A stretch of 64,000 bases of DNA from Okamejei kenojei (taxonomy: Eukaryota): contig CM069165.1 in NCBI GenBank assembly GCA_035221665.1, positions 19,964,001-20,028,000 on the forward strand, in the 5' to 3' direction. The position numbers were made by a program, and so were the translations under genes. A model generated the notes under the pieces. It had not been told where the DNA came from, did not search any database, and worked only from the letters and a program-made list of their open reading frames with translations. This document shows, piece after piece, positions 39,890-53,283 of the stretch (the first letter of the stretch is position 1; every line of letters begins with the position of its first letter).

Positions 39890-40218
39890 TCCAGCAAGCG
39901 AGCGGGTAAGATCATCTCTGACCCCTCTCACCCTGGCCACAAACTCTTTGAATCATTTCCCTCTGGAAGGAGACTCCGGACTGTCAAAATGCCACAGCCA
40001 GACATAAAAACAGCTTTTTTCCATGAGTAGCAGCTCTACTCAACGACCAAAATCTGTAGCCTCCTTTTGCTCTGGTATTTTATTTAATTCACATGATTAA
40101 TCAATAATATTTTATTATTAATGTTTAATGTGTCATTCTTAACTGTCACTGTATGTCATGTTGTCACTTGCGGGCATTGTATGTGCATACTTGGCCAATA
40201 AACTTATTCATTCATTCA
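39890..40218 (+). mobile_element. Rex1-like LINE 3' end
   Basis: Encodes KIISDPSHPGHKLFESFPSGRRLRTVK...RHKNSFFP; ends aataaacttattcattcattca. Confidence 0.8.
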
Positions 40219-40594
40219 ATTCTCTTCCACAAGTCAAGCCCGAATGTGCAGGGAACAATCTGGTGAATTTCTTCTGCACTTTGTCCAACTTAATGACACC
40301 TTCCTATAGTTGGGAGACCCAAACTGCAAGCAGTACTCCATGTGTGGTCTCACCAACAATGTGCACAGCTATAGAGTTACTGCAGTCTTTCATCCCAGAC
40401 TACAACTATGCATGCTTAATATTTAATCAAGGTTGAACCTACTTCAAGCAATTGCCAAATTCCCTGTGTTAATTATAACTGAAACTCTTCAGTAAAATCT
40501 CTGAGAGAATAAAACATTTATCCAAGCAACATTTGAAGAAATAACTAAAAGCATCTTGTGCTTTTAAGCAGCTATGTGTATTTTGAATTGGAAA

Positions 40595-41720
40595 GTCAGC
40601 GTTATACAACCTGGAAACAGGCCCTTCAGCTTAATTTGACATGGCGAGCAAATTAGCATTTTGAGCTTGTCGCATTTGCCTGTATTTGGCATTTATTCCT
40701 CAAAACCTTTACTCCCCATATATCTGTCCAAATGTCTTTTGAAAGTCGCAATAATATCCGTTTCTTTACGGGCGGTGCTGGGTTTAAACACCGCGGAGCC
40801 TGGGATCTTTCACCGAGATCGCCAGTGTTGGTCCCAACCAGCGCAGCCTGTGGACTTCGGGAGCCGCGGTCTCCGGGGAGGAAGTGGCCATTCCAGACAC
40901 AGAGTGTTCTCCCGATGCCAGAATTCCATCATCCGGTGAGAGGGCCTGTAACATCGGGCCACCGTCAGGCGACTGCAGAGGCCTCAATAGGCCCGACCAT
41001 GAGTGAACAAGAGGAAGAGGACTGGACTTTGTTGCCTTCCCTCACAGTGGGAACCATTGTGGGGGGATGTTTTTATGTTCAATGTTAAATTCTTTAATGT
41101 TGTGTTTTATTTTTATTGGTGTGCTGCAAATGGCAACTCAAATGTCACTACACCAATTGGTGTATGTGACAATAAATGTCCTTTGTCTTCGTCCTCTGGC
41201 AGCTCGTTCCAGTTTCAGACTTTCCTCGGAGTGAAAATGTTGCCCAAAGGTACCTCTTAAATCTTTCCTCTCCAACACGCTTTTTCAATAAACTCTCTCC
41301 AGTTTTAATATCCTCTATTCTGGATGAAAGGCTGAGTGTACACTTTATCCATGCTCTTCATAATTCTGTACGCTCAATAAGGCCACTCCTTAGTTTCCAA
41401 CACTCCAAAGAAAAAAAGTGGGTGACTCGAACTGCATGCAATACTCCAAGTATGGTCTCACCAACGACTTTTACAGCTGCATCATTACGCCCTAACTTTT
41501 GTTCTCAATACCCATCCCAATGAAGGCAAGCATGCCAAATGCCTTCTTCACTAACCTGTCCATCTGGCTTTCAGGGAGCCATGCACCTGTACTCCCAGAT
41601 CTCTCCGTTCCACAGCAGTCTCCAGTGCTCTAACATTTACTGTGCAACTCCTGCCCTGGTTTAGCATACCAAAGTGCAAAACCTCATACTTGTCAGAGTT
41701 AAATTACGTTTTCCTCTTCC
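40595..41720 (-). mobile_element. Decayed CR1 LINE 3' region, interrupted by an insertion at ~40767-41186
   Basis: ggaaacaggcccttcagc 3'UTR and aatactccaagtatggtctcaccaa (antisense VRPYLEY) motifs. Confidence 0.7.
40767..41186 (+). mobile_element. CpG-rich SINE-like insertion with a Rex/RTE-type 3' tail
   Basis: GC-rich block ending aaatgtcactacaccaattggtgtatgtgacaataaa; it splits the CR1 3' region. Confidence 0.55.
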
Positions 41721-41739
41721 ATGGTCCACCTGCCCAAAT

Positions 41740-42738
41740 AACATATAACATATAACATATAACAATTACAGCATGGAAACAGGCCCCCTCGGCCCTTCCA
41801 GTGCGTGCCGAACATTTATTTCCCCTAGTCCCATCTACCTGCACTCAGACCCTAGCCCTCCATTCCCTTCCCGTCCATATACCTATCCACTTTACCTTTA
41901 AATGTTAAAATCGATCCTGCCTCCACCACTTCTGTTGGAAGCTGATTCCACGCAGCCACCACTCTCTGAGTAAAGAAGTTCCCCCTCATGTTACCCCTAA
42001 ACCTTCTGTCCCTTAATTCTCATGTCATACCCGCTTGTTTGAATTTTTCCTACCCTCAATGGGAAAAGCTTATCCACGTCAACTCTGTCTATCCCTTTCA
42101 TCATTTTAAAGACCTCAATCAAGTCCCCCCTTAATCTTCTGCGCTCCAAAGAATAAAGACCTAACTTGTTCAACCTTTCTCTGTAACTTAGATGCTGGAA
42201 CCCAGGCAACATTCTAGTAAATCTCCTCTGTACTCTCTCTATTTTGTTGACATCCTTCCTACAATTAGGCGACCAAAATTGTACACCTTACTCCAGAATT
42301 GGTCTCATGAATGTCTTGTACAATTTTAACATTACTTCCCTACTCCTATATTCAATGCTCTGATTCATAAAGGCCAGCACACCAAAAGCTTTCTTTACTA
42401 CCCTATCTACATGCGATTCCACCTTCAGGGAACTATGCACAGTTATTCCTAGATCCCTCTGTTCCACAGCATTGCTCAATTCCCTACCATTTACCATGTA
42501 CGTCCTATTTTGATTTGTCCTGCCAAGATGTAGCACCTCACACTTATCAGCATTAAACTCCATCGGCCATCTTTCAGCTCACTCTTCCAAATGGCCCAAA
42601 TCTCTCTGTAGACTGAAAATCTACTTCATTATCCACACCACCACCTATCTTAGTATAATCTGCATACTTACTTATCCAATTTTCCACCCCATCATCCAGA
42701 TCATTGATGTACATGACAAACAACAATGGACCCAACAC
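41740..42738 (-). mobile_element. CR1 LINE 3' part (RT C-terminus and 3'UTR with short tandem-repeat tail)
   Basis: KFADYTKIG, MEFNADKCEVLHLG, LYSLERRRLRGDLIEVFK; (acatata)n tail at 41740-41763. Confidence 0.93.
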
Positions 42739-45335
42739 AATCTAGATCATGTTGTAAACTTAGATAAGCTTCCTCGCTGAATGACATTTCCGAGCAATGT
42801 CAGGTAATGTCATTCAAATTATTAATGCAGATAACAGTGGACCCAGCACCACTGGTTACAGCAGAACAGCCATCCTTCCTCCAAACAATTTTTGAATCCA
42901 ACAGGCTAATACATCCTGGATTCCATGCGATCTAACCTCCCAAACTAGGCAATGTCACAAGACCTTGTTAAATATCTTGCTATAGTCTATATAGACAATG
43001 GTCCAATTCCTCTTTCTTTTTCCAGTAATAAATCTCCTGCCGTGTTGATTCATTGTGGCCTGAAATTAATGTTCATGTATAATGATCTGAAAAAAGTTAC
43101 TGTAGTCAATTACTGCGATAGAGTGTGGAAAAAGGCTCTGGCCCAATTTGCCCACACCGGCCAACATTTCCCAGCTACACTAGTGTCACCTGCCTGCATT
43201 TGGTCCATATCCTTCCAAATCTGTCCTTAACTACAGTGATGTCCTGATCATTTCAGATCTAGTGTTCCGAATTTTATGTGCTGTAACCAGATTATCCATG
43301 TAACTGGGCTTTCTTAGAAACTTCTGAACTTAACTGTAAATTAGTTGTCAGGATCTTAAACTGAAATTAAAAGAGGGATAAAAAAAATAAAACGAAGATT
43401 TCATCTTAACAATATTGTTGTAAAATTTCATGCAAAATAATGGAAGCTTTTGTTATATTAGAAGTACAATATTTTGATTTGCATGGTTTTGCTTTAGATG
43501 CTTTACAACAGGTTCTGCATTGAGGTTGCAACAAACATTTTGGACTTCTGCAACATCTAAGATATTATTGAAAAATAAGATACTGAAAACAGTCAGGTTA
43601 AGGAGCATCTCTGGAAAGAGTTATTGTTTCAAGTCTAAGTACTTTTATCAGAACTTTCTTCGTTTGGATGAAGGGTCTTTCACCCAAACTATCATCTTCA
43701 TTTCTCTTTCCACAGACGTTGCCTGCCAAGTGTTCCAGGCATTAATATATTTTTACATACAGTTGGCTTTGAAGGACTCGAGAGAAATTATATTATAGAT
43801 GTTTAAAAGTAAGCACACATTGCAACATGAAGAACTTTACACAACAGAAGCAGAATAGAGCCTCCGATCAATGAAGGTGCCCGACCACGACCTCTGCTCA
43901 AACGTGACAAATACAAAGGAAGATCCAAGTTGCTCATTTATTAACAAAGTACTGGAAAATGCTGTCAATAAAAAAGGTGATTTGGAAGAGTGGCACTAAT
44001 GATGCGATTTTTTTCCCTTTCTTACCAAAGCCCGTCATAAATGTTCTAAATCGATGTCAACATTAAGAAAATAAATGGATATTCACATATTCTTTTCTAC
44101 AACAAGTCAGAAAATAGCCCTCTAAAGTTTGTAGTAACTTTGCTTATAACCACTCCTTTTTTTCTCTCGCTGCTTTTCAGTTTATAGCAAAGATTTATGT
44201 TGATTTTTATGTCAAAATAATTGTCACTCGTTTGTGTGAATGATTTGATAAATCCTTTCATTTTACTTTTAGTAAGCTACATTAAGCAGGCTCTATTTAA
44301 TTTGATGAAAAATATCTTGGGGCTATCGGCTACTAATAACAGCCATTTAATGAAAACAGCTAAAGTGCACAGAAAAATATAAAACAGGTATGAACAACAT
44401 TCAAGAATTTTGAAAGTCACGAATCACTGATTGACCTGATCCAGCTTCACACAGAAAGACTGCAAACAGAAAGAAATGAACCCATTAGAAGCCATAAATA
44501 GCTTAATTATGCCATGATGCAATAAGAGACTTCAAAGGCTAACCTGACCCTCCTGTGCCAAAGAATTTAAAACTGAACACAAAGCACATTTTCATCAACA
44601 GACTCAATTTGTCTACTGGAAACTGGTGGGCCTTTACCACCTTATTATGACATTATTAATTTGGCCTCTCACTCAACAGACATAGAATCCAGTTAACAAT
44701 ATAACTGTGATATAGCTTCACGTGAACAAAGAATTTCATTGCACTTTGGCGCATGTGACCATAACTAATCTGAAATCTGCAGAAAGTATAAAATAAACTA
44801 TCCTATAGAAGTAAAGCATTTTCTGTAGAGCATTTTGTAAAGCATTGGATGACATCTAAATGCAAACTATTTTAAACAAAATAAGACGCTTCTGAAATGA
44901 AAATTGAAATTTATTATTGCGTTACGTTTTCAGGATTGCACAAATCTATAAATGTAGGGCAGACAATTCATCGATAACTGCATATCATGAAAAGCATATA
45001 AAAATCCATCAAACAATAATATAAAAATCCAATCTCTCTGGGACCTCTCTGCTTTATTTGGTGGCTGATTTATTAAATAGGCTTATTGCACTTTTGTGCA
45101 TTTAGTCAAGTAGAAGATGCAGTCATCAATGAACCCATTATCAATCATTCTGTAAATCGGACGTAAAAACAAAATCAACATTTATCCAAGTTGTGTTCTG
45201 CCTAATTAAAAAAAGTTGTATTAATTTCCAACTTCCTTAGCCAACGTTTGTGGGTATCTACATAACCGCCTAATTACAAAATAAATTCAAACTGGGAGTA
45301 TATTGGCAAGAACCCCCAAGTAGCTTGTCACTGAA

Positions 45336-46390
45336 CATAGAACAGTTCAGCACAGGAATAGGCCCATTGACCCACAATGTCCAGGTGGACCATGATACCA
45401 AGTTAAACTACATTAACCTGCATGTGATCCATAACCCTCCATTCGCTGCATATCCACGTGCTTATCCAAAAGCTTCTTAAATACCACTGTTGCATCTGCC
45501 TGCACTACCACTCCAGGCAGTGTGCACCAGGCATCCATCATTATGTCTGAACACTTGCTCTGCATATCTCATTTAAACTTTCCCCCTCTCATGCTAAAGC
45601 TATGCCCTCTAGTCTGTGACATTCCTGCCCTGGGAAAACTATTCCCTTATATTCGACCTCCCAAAGTGCAACATCTCACACTTGCTCAGATTAAACTCCA
45701 TCTGCAATTTCTCCACCCATTTCTATAGTGGAAATATATCCCACTGTATACTTTATCAGCCTTCCTCGCTGTCCACTACTCCACTAATTTTGGTGCCGTC
45801 TGCTAACTTACTAATCAACCTGTCTAATTTAATATCAAAGTAATTTACATCTCTCACAAACAATGGAGATCCCAGCACAATTCCCTGCAGAACTCCATTG
45901 GTCACAACCCTCCAGCCAGAACACCACCTTCCATCGTAATCCTCCATCTTCTGTGAGTAAGTCAGTTCTGAATCCCAAACAACTGATTCACCATGGATCC
46001 TCTATATTTTAATCTTCTGGAGGAATCTACTAAGAGGGGCTTTATCAAATGCCTCACCAAAATCTATGCAAACAACATCCATGGCCTTACCTTCATCGGT
46101 CATCTTCGTCACTGCCTTATGTTCACAAGACTTGTCCCACCATGGGCAAAATCATACCGACTCTTGCAAATTAGCTCATTCCCTTCCTCAAGCGAGTCAA
46201 TCCGATCGCAAAGAATTATTTCCAATAGCTTCCTCGCCACTGACATGAGGCTCATTGCTATAATTTCCTGTATTATCTCTTCTTAAACAAAGGAACAACA
46301 TTGATTATTCTCCAGTTCTTCTGGACTTTGCCTGTGGCTTGAGAAGATACAAAGATCTTCATCAATCCGCCTGCAATCCCCTCCCTTGTC
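45336..46390 (-). mobile_element. Decayed CR1 LINE
   Basis: WRVVTNGVLQGIVLGSPLF...KLADGTKISG; acatagaacag...ggcccatt 3' end. Confidence 0.8.
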
Positions 46391-46671
46391 TCAACAGTCG
46401 ACAGAGAGTCAAGAGTGTTTTAATGTCATATTTCCCGAAACAGAACAATTACATTCCTATTTACAGCAGCACAACAGATATGTAAATGTAGTACTTTGTG
46501 AACAACCTGGAATATATCTTATGGACAATTTCAGATTTGCATTTAGCTGATATATGATTGGCACACATTGTTAAATGTTCTCCATTTTAAAATCCAGGCC
46601 GAGCTATCCAAGGACAATTCTGAGCATTAAGTTTCAAAGTGAGACACTACAGAGCTCGTGGTCTCTTTCCG

Positions 46672-46879
46672 TCTCTGTCTGCGTGCATTTTCTGTCTGTC
46701 TCTGTGTGCGCGTCTCTGTGTGCGTGCGTCTGTCAGTCTCTGTGAGTGTGTCAGCTTGTGTGCGTGCGTGTCTGTCTGTCTTTGTGTCCATGCATGTGTT
46801 TCTCTGTATATATGCACCTTTCTGCATGTGCGTCTCTCTGCATGTGTTAATCTCTGTGTGTGCGCATGCATGCATGTGT
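46672..46879. repeat. Degenerate (TG/TC)n low-complexity tract
   Basis: Directly visible; it explains several spurious ORFs. Confidence 0.9.
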
Positions 46880-47544
46880 AGTGGTGAGGAAGAAACTGGT
46901 GACAAATGGAGGTGGTGATGTCGGAGGTTGAGAATGGGTGGAGAAAAAACTGTTAACGATAGATAATGAAGAGCTCATCAAAGATCAACACCTATTAAGT
47001 ATCAAAATTCAGGAGAAGAAAAACAAAAAATTGGCCACACTATGTGTCGATGAGATATGAAACGATTTCTACTATATTGATCCACTACCCAGGATCACTT
47101 TCAGTAGGCTGCCTCTAACAACCTCCCAATCTTCTTCAATATTGGCAGAATAAGACACTATACTTAAAATCAATTTTCAATACCACAGAAAAGAACGAAA
47201 TTCAGCAAGACAAACAAGCTAACAATGAGAAAGAGCTTTCAAATTCTTAAGGTCAAACACAATGACCTGTGTACAACATTCCGAATGATTTAACGGTCTA
47301 CTATGAAGCAATTGCTTCACTGCACTTCTGGAGCGGATTGTCCTGTAAACTTGCCACCCTGTCATTTCAGAGACTTTTTTTATGGCTCTGTTGAAGGAAC
47401 TCTGCAAATACATATGATCAAACTTTGATTTATCAAATAACGGTGACATGAATGTTATGTATCATAATTTAATTTATTTTTAAATCACAGACACTGAGTG
47501 GTACAGCAATTTGTTCTTCTTGAATTACAAGTACTCATCAATTG

Positions 47545-47584
47545 TAAGAAGGAACTGCAGATGCTGGTTTAAACCAAAGAGATA
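47545..47584 (-). mobile_element. ~40-bp PLE terminal fragment with 9-bp TSD
   Basis: catcaattg at 47536-47544 and 47585-47593, flanking taagaaggaactgcagatgctggtttaaacc. Confidence 0.75.
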
Positions 47585-47789
47585 CATCAATTGCCTTTCC
47601 CTTTATAGTCAGCTCATTTAATTGGACTTGTGCCAAGGAGGGCAGGGTGGAAGTGCGAACAATAACCAGACCCAACACATGAACACAAATGCCAAGGTGA
47701 ATGCCCCCAATGGCTATTGAGAGAGTGCTGCAGTCAGATGCATCATCTTTCACATCGTAAATGGAGGTCCTGCCTGCGCAAGTTTTTGA

Positions 47790-47975
47790 AAAAAGCAACC
47801 CCGAGCTTTCAGTCATTGGTCACATTTAAGTTTCTGCCAAACTCTGCACTCATTGTCTTAGGCCTCCACTCCTACCTCCATCAGTATGCACTGTGAGCTC
47901 AAGGAACAACATCTCATCTTCTCTCTGGGAATGTTCCATCCCTTGGAGTTCAATACTGAATTTAACAATTCGGGG
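47790..47975 (+). mobile_element. Ancient PLE GIY-YIG C-terminal fragment
   Basis: gagctcaaggaacaacatctcatcttctctctgggaatg...ttcaatactgaatttaac encodes ELKEQHLIFSLG...FNTEFN. Confidence 0.65.
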
Positions 47976-48015
47976 AAGATAATTTTTCCTTTTTCTCCTC
48001 CCTCCACAGACCAAT

Positions 48016-48140
48016 GCCCCTGTCCCACTTAGGAAACCTTAACGGAAATATCTGGAGACTTTGCGCCCCACCCAAGGTTTCCGTGCAGTTCCCGGAGGTT
48101 TTTGTCAGTCTCCCTAATGGTCGAAAATGGTTTCCGCTTC
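48016..48140. mobile_element. Left half of the 10986-type MITE
   Basis: tgcccctgtcccacttaggaaac...ctccctaatggtcgaaaatggtttcc closely matches 10986-11107. Confidence 0.85.
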
Positions 48141-48142
48141 TT

Positions 48143-48344
48143 CAAATGCCCTGAAATTGGGGGACGATGTATAAACACTGCTGTAATTTCATGGTGAAAC
48201 CAAAATGTATAAAAGTTGCCTTTATTAAAATCTGACAATGCTTTAACCACATGTAATTTTTTCTATTACAGATCTCAAATTGTTGGATACAGGGGCAAAT
48301 AAATAAATGATGGGTCTTTGTCCCAAACATTATGGAGGGCACTG
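48143..48344. mobile_element. Tc1/mariner terminal fragment
   Basis: Ends ...gtctttgtcccaaacattatggagggcactg-TA, i.e. TIR CAGTGCCCTCCATAATG with a TA site. Confidence 0.7.
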
Positions 48345-49551
48345 TATAGTTTAATGTGGAGAAATACAGTGACCAAACTGCAGTAACTATTGTGCAATTA
48401 TATCCATTTAAGGGATTAGATTACAATAAAAATTGGTAAAGTCAATTGGTGAACAGCACAAGCACTAGAGACTGAGCAAAAAAACAAAAGCAAGATCTAA
48501 AAAGATGAAACTAGAGTTTTAGGAAGTAAGAAGAGGGTACACAAAGGATGGGTGCAACCCACTTGTAAATCAAACACGTCTCATGACTTTCTTCCATCAT
48601 GTCAATATTTCAGAATGTACATTGGCTACAACAGCCAGTGGTCACCGGATTGTACAACATTTCAGAAATCTTAAGATTAAAGGTTAAAAGGATCTTAACA
48701 GTAATGACTTAACTAACTTACACAAAGTGGAATCAATATGTGTACCAGACTATGAGCAGCCAAGGCAACTGACAGTTCTTGTAAATTCAAGACAAACTTG
48801 CAGTTAAAAGTTGATGAGATTGAGGAGAGCAGCAAACAACTTGCACGAACAATTTTATATTGATTTGCTTTGCCGTTCATCCATGTGTAGTATTCCACAA
48901 CTATATTGTAACTCAGTACTCCAGTGTTCAATACACCAGCATTTTACTCTCCAATATGGAGTTTTACTTTCTATAATTAGGCACACATTACATCCTACTA
49001 TTTTCATAAGAACAGTGATTTCTGATTAATACCAGAATATCCAATTCATACCAGAATATCCCTAAAATGAAGATTGGGAGAGGGGGGTTGGGGGTGTGGG
49101 AAAAGTATCTATAGCTTGGGACTTGCCTAAATGAGTACTGAGATGGATTATCATTCCACACCAAATGTCTTAGACAACAATACCTTTTATGCAATTATCA
49201 CAACATTATGCTGGATATGGATCAACGGACTATGTACGGTACATGCTTGTAAAACAAATGTTCTTCTTTAAGTACTGTTGTTTCTGGGATGGGGTGACTG
49301 ATTACAAATAACCTACATTCTATATTTTTGTCATAATGTGGCTGAAACAATGGCATATTTTGTGATATTTATTGAGATAGAAAGATACAACTGAGTTTGG
49401 GCAAAATATTACCTTGCAACATTCTGTATGTCTGATAGATATTGTGAAATGGAACTCAGAAATTATGAGAGGATTACATAAAACTACAATTCAAAGGTAA
49501 TGAATATACTGAGTATTCGTATTTCCATCATGAACATACAATAGTGATATA

Positions 49552-49839
49552 GGACACCGGGTCCTACTACGGTAAACTCACGAGCTACTACGGTATAACT
49601 AAGTGTTAAAAAGTATCATATTTTTACATCCCGCGTATATTTTACTCGTGGACATTTTTTAAATCATGTTGAAAAATCTTCACGAGTTACTACGTTTCCC
49701 GAGTAACTGCCATTAGTGCTAAAAGACGTCCCGAGCTCCGACGTACCCGCTGCATTCATTCTATGTGCTTACCACGAGTTTGATTTTTTTTTTTAACTCC
49801 GGAGAGCTCTTGGGTGAACTCGCACAGTGGGACAGGGCT
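49552..49839. mobile_element. One-ended Harbinger-like MITE fragment
   Basis: CpG-rich with repeated cacgag/ctacg motifs; ends cagtgggacagggct, a TIR like the other MITEs. Confidence 0.6.
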
Positions 49840-52179
49840 TTTATCATCAAAAAGTAAATCCATTCAAATTGATAATATGGAATAGTCATATGCAGGCACA
49901 AGGTTAGAGAAACTTTATGGGGAAAATAGGATCCTAAACATATTTTATGTGTTACTGAGCAAGATAGTAGGATACAGAAATAAGACAGTTTGAGTTTTTT
50001 GCGTGTGCAGTGACAATAATGCAACAGTTGTTTGAACCTATATCAAGGAGCTACCTAAGCCCAAGTGATTAGGAATTACATTTAAAATGTTTCTAAAGCT
50101 TTAACTGACGTGCAATTAGCAAGGGGACATATTTTGAGGGCCCCAGCTCAGAACAGAGGGCACTAAAACTGAACAGTTGTGATTTTGCATGAGAAGGCTT
50201 AAGGTCACCAGGAGAAGGATTAAATAACTTTACAGCAGCCAGTTCATGCCTCAGATACTTCCCAAGTGAACATACTTGGGAAGTATTTAAGCACAACATT
50301 AAACATGATGTGTAATTATGATGTGGTACTGCAATTTCAAAATAGTACTTGATAAACTGATTTTAGTTTTATCTGATTGCCACGGTTGTGTTGTAGCTGT
50401 AATATATGTAAATATAACATGGCAGGTTGAAAAGATCTTAGATACCCCAGATTGAACTGATACCGAGACTCTAGGCTTCGTTGCCTTTGCCCTTCGTGGG
50501 ACCAATCACGAGAATCCCAGTTACTTCAGACTCAATACGAAATTACTAAATAAAACTAAATCAAAGTAAAGCAGTCACCCCATGACAAATTCATTGGTCC
50601 AAAACCAAACACTGATAGATATTGATCTCTAGCTCCATTGTGAATTTAAGTCAGGTTCTGAAACACACTTCTAATGCATAGAAGAACTGGTTAACAAGGT
50701 TGGCTAGACTAAATAAAATCCAGAGAGAATTTCAATTCACCAGCAAAAGTCTGGAGGACATTCAGATCCATCTGTCTTATAACCGAGAACTTTGATGCAT
50801 GTCAACTTTAAGCACTCTGTCTAAAGGAAATTGGCACTTGTCAAACAAAGCAATTAGATTGCCGGCTTGTTCACATGTTATAGTGCTCTGCAATATATGG
50901 TTATGCTGCACATCTGACTATGCTATTTTATCTATGCTTCCAAAAGTCCTCACCAGACTAAGTAGCAACATTGAACAAAACTAGCAATTTAAAAACCCTT
51001 GGGAAATTAAACCTTTTTGCCAGTGCCTTCAATAGCCTTGTTACAGTAGTTAGGGTATTATCCCAAAGTTTTGACCAAATGCAATTTAAAGTAATTCACA
51101 TTTGTGCACAGCTAATGTGCAGCATGCAGCATTGAATAATATTCAGCAGTTTGAAGTCTCAATGATTTTTGTGTCAGAAAAAACAGTAATTTTCTTCTAA
51201 CATCACAGTAAGCACCTAAATATCAAATTTAAAGGCAGCTTCTTTGTGGAACTGAACATTATTTGTGTACTTAAACTGTAAAATACAATACAGAAATTTA
51301 AAAATATTTGCCAGTGAATGATTACAACAATATTGTTTTTAAATCAGGAGGAGCTGAGCAGACAGGTACATTGTCCTGCATAATACTTAGCCATAAAAAC
51401 CAAGATGGTCACAATTCCTACGGTGCAGAAATTAGTTATTGGAAGGCAGGCCAGTGATAGGAACATTATAATTGGTCTCAAGATCCCAGAGTATAAAAAT
51501 ATATATAGAAGCATATTCGGCATATAGTATTACTGCCATCATTTATATGGAGGACATAGACTAACATGAACCAATTGTCTGTTAGCCCCTGTTTCCACAT
51601 CACAGTTTTAATGCATTCCTTATAACAATCAGATTACTCCTGCTGGAAGTTGAATACCCACAGACATTAGGTGAAAATATAGCTTACTTTGGTATGATGC
51701 CTTGATCAAAGGTCTACGGAAACAAGTATTATAATTTGGACTTAAATTCCCACCTGGACAAAATGAGTGTGACAACAGCCACCACCTTCGGAAGAGATGG
51801 GGACAATACTGGTCTGGATGGGATAACTGACATTCCCTCTGCTTGCAATGATGTGACCTTGCATTATGTTTCTCACATCAAAAGATTTTATTATACAAAT
51901 TACATGCTTCAGCTTGAACCAACACTCAGATCAGTGGAAATGAGAAAAATAAAGCTTACGTTTTTAAACATTCTTGCAATATTTTAAAATGGTAACATCT
52001 GTAACTGGCTAATTTACCAACAACCGTACCTCTTGTTTCCAAACTTACATCATATTAATAGCATATTTTGCACAATCAAAAGAGTGGGCAGGAAAGCTAG
52101 ACAAAAAAAAAATATAATGTTTTCTTTCTGATTCGTTCACAGAAACTAGCACAAAAAAAAATCACAAAGATAATGTGAG

Positions 52180-52206
52180 ACACACACACACACACACACA
52201 CACACA
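52180..52206. repeat. (CA)n microsatellite
   Basis: Directly visible. Confidence 0.95.
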
Positions 52207-52435
52207 GCTGCCGGCTTTTGCCGAACACCGTAAAAAGGTTATTTATACGGCGAATCCGGGACACTTGGCATCTCTGCGTATCACATCACGATTTATACAT
52301 AAACAACAACCAGAATTTTATTAGCACGATTAAACATCTAAAGATACTGCAAATTTAAATACAAACATATAGGGAGAAATTAGATCAGCAAAAGGTAGGT
52401 TTTAATGAATGCCTCACAGTGGAAAGATTAGTAGT

Positions 52436-52717
52436 TGGACAACAGCACCTCATATTTCACTTGAATAGCTTACACCCCAGCGATATGAACATTGATTAAC
52501 CTAACTTCAAATAGCCCTTGCTTTCCCTCTCTCTCCATCCCCCTCCCCCTTCCCAGTTCTTCCACCAGTCTTACTGTCTCCAACTGCATTCTATCTCTGT
52601 CCCACACACTCCCCGGACATCAGTCTGAAGAAGGGTCTTGGCCTGAAACGTCACCCATTCCTTCTCTCCAAAGATGCTGCCTGTCCCGCTGAGTTACTCC
52701 AGCATGTTGTGTCTACC
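52436..52717 (+). mobile_element. PLE 3' fragment with hammerhead core (52625-52652)
   Basis: QQHLIFHLNSLHPSDMNID followed by the tail. Near-TSD tagtagttgga (52429) / tagcagttgga (52718). Confidence 0.88.
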
Positions 52718-53283
52718 TAGCAGTTGGATTCCAGACTAGGCAATGCAAGATTCCTACCCTAAAATGAATGGCAGAATACAACATTTTATTTTACAGTTTC
52801 AAATAATGCATCATGCTTTTGGTGTTAATTTTGTAGAAAATTAATGGCAACTTTTCAGTTGGTGCAAATATTATTCTTTGTACATTAATCCAGGTACTTG
52901 GGGTTCCACAAGAAAAACAAATGTAAGCACATCAGGAAGCATGCATTTTTGGAGGAAGCAAAGGATGCTTTTAGCGATAATAATATGGGAAATATTATTT
53001 TTCCTGTTTTGCGATAATAGGAGAAAGCTTAAATAATGCATTTGCACCCTCCTTTGGAAAAATGCTGGAAGTTTTAAAGAGACCACCCCCAATAACATGA
53101 AAAGATTGGCCTCCACGCTTCCTGAGCACAGAGGCCATATATCTATACATGAATGTCATGTAACATTGGCCTCATCAAGGCCAATGTTATTTTAAGATGA
53201 CCTTTTAAATCTGATGCTTAAATCTTTTAATGGTTCAATGGTGCTTTATTCTTATTGCAACAAAGCCAACACACTTATCCAGG

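Noticed and set aside
43560-43760. Very decayed inverted PLE-tail pair (similar relics at ~6000-6115 and ~53535-53630)
   Set aside because: Probably the same superfamily, but the core is too degraded to count as a hammerhead.
46627-46918. Several overlapping 74-92 aa ORFs
   Set aside because: Artefacts of TG/CA low-complexity sequence.
52207-52276. Possible hAT-like terminal sequence (cttggcatctctg)
   Set aside because: Only one putative end and no TSD; too little to call.
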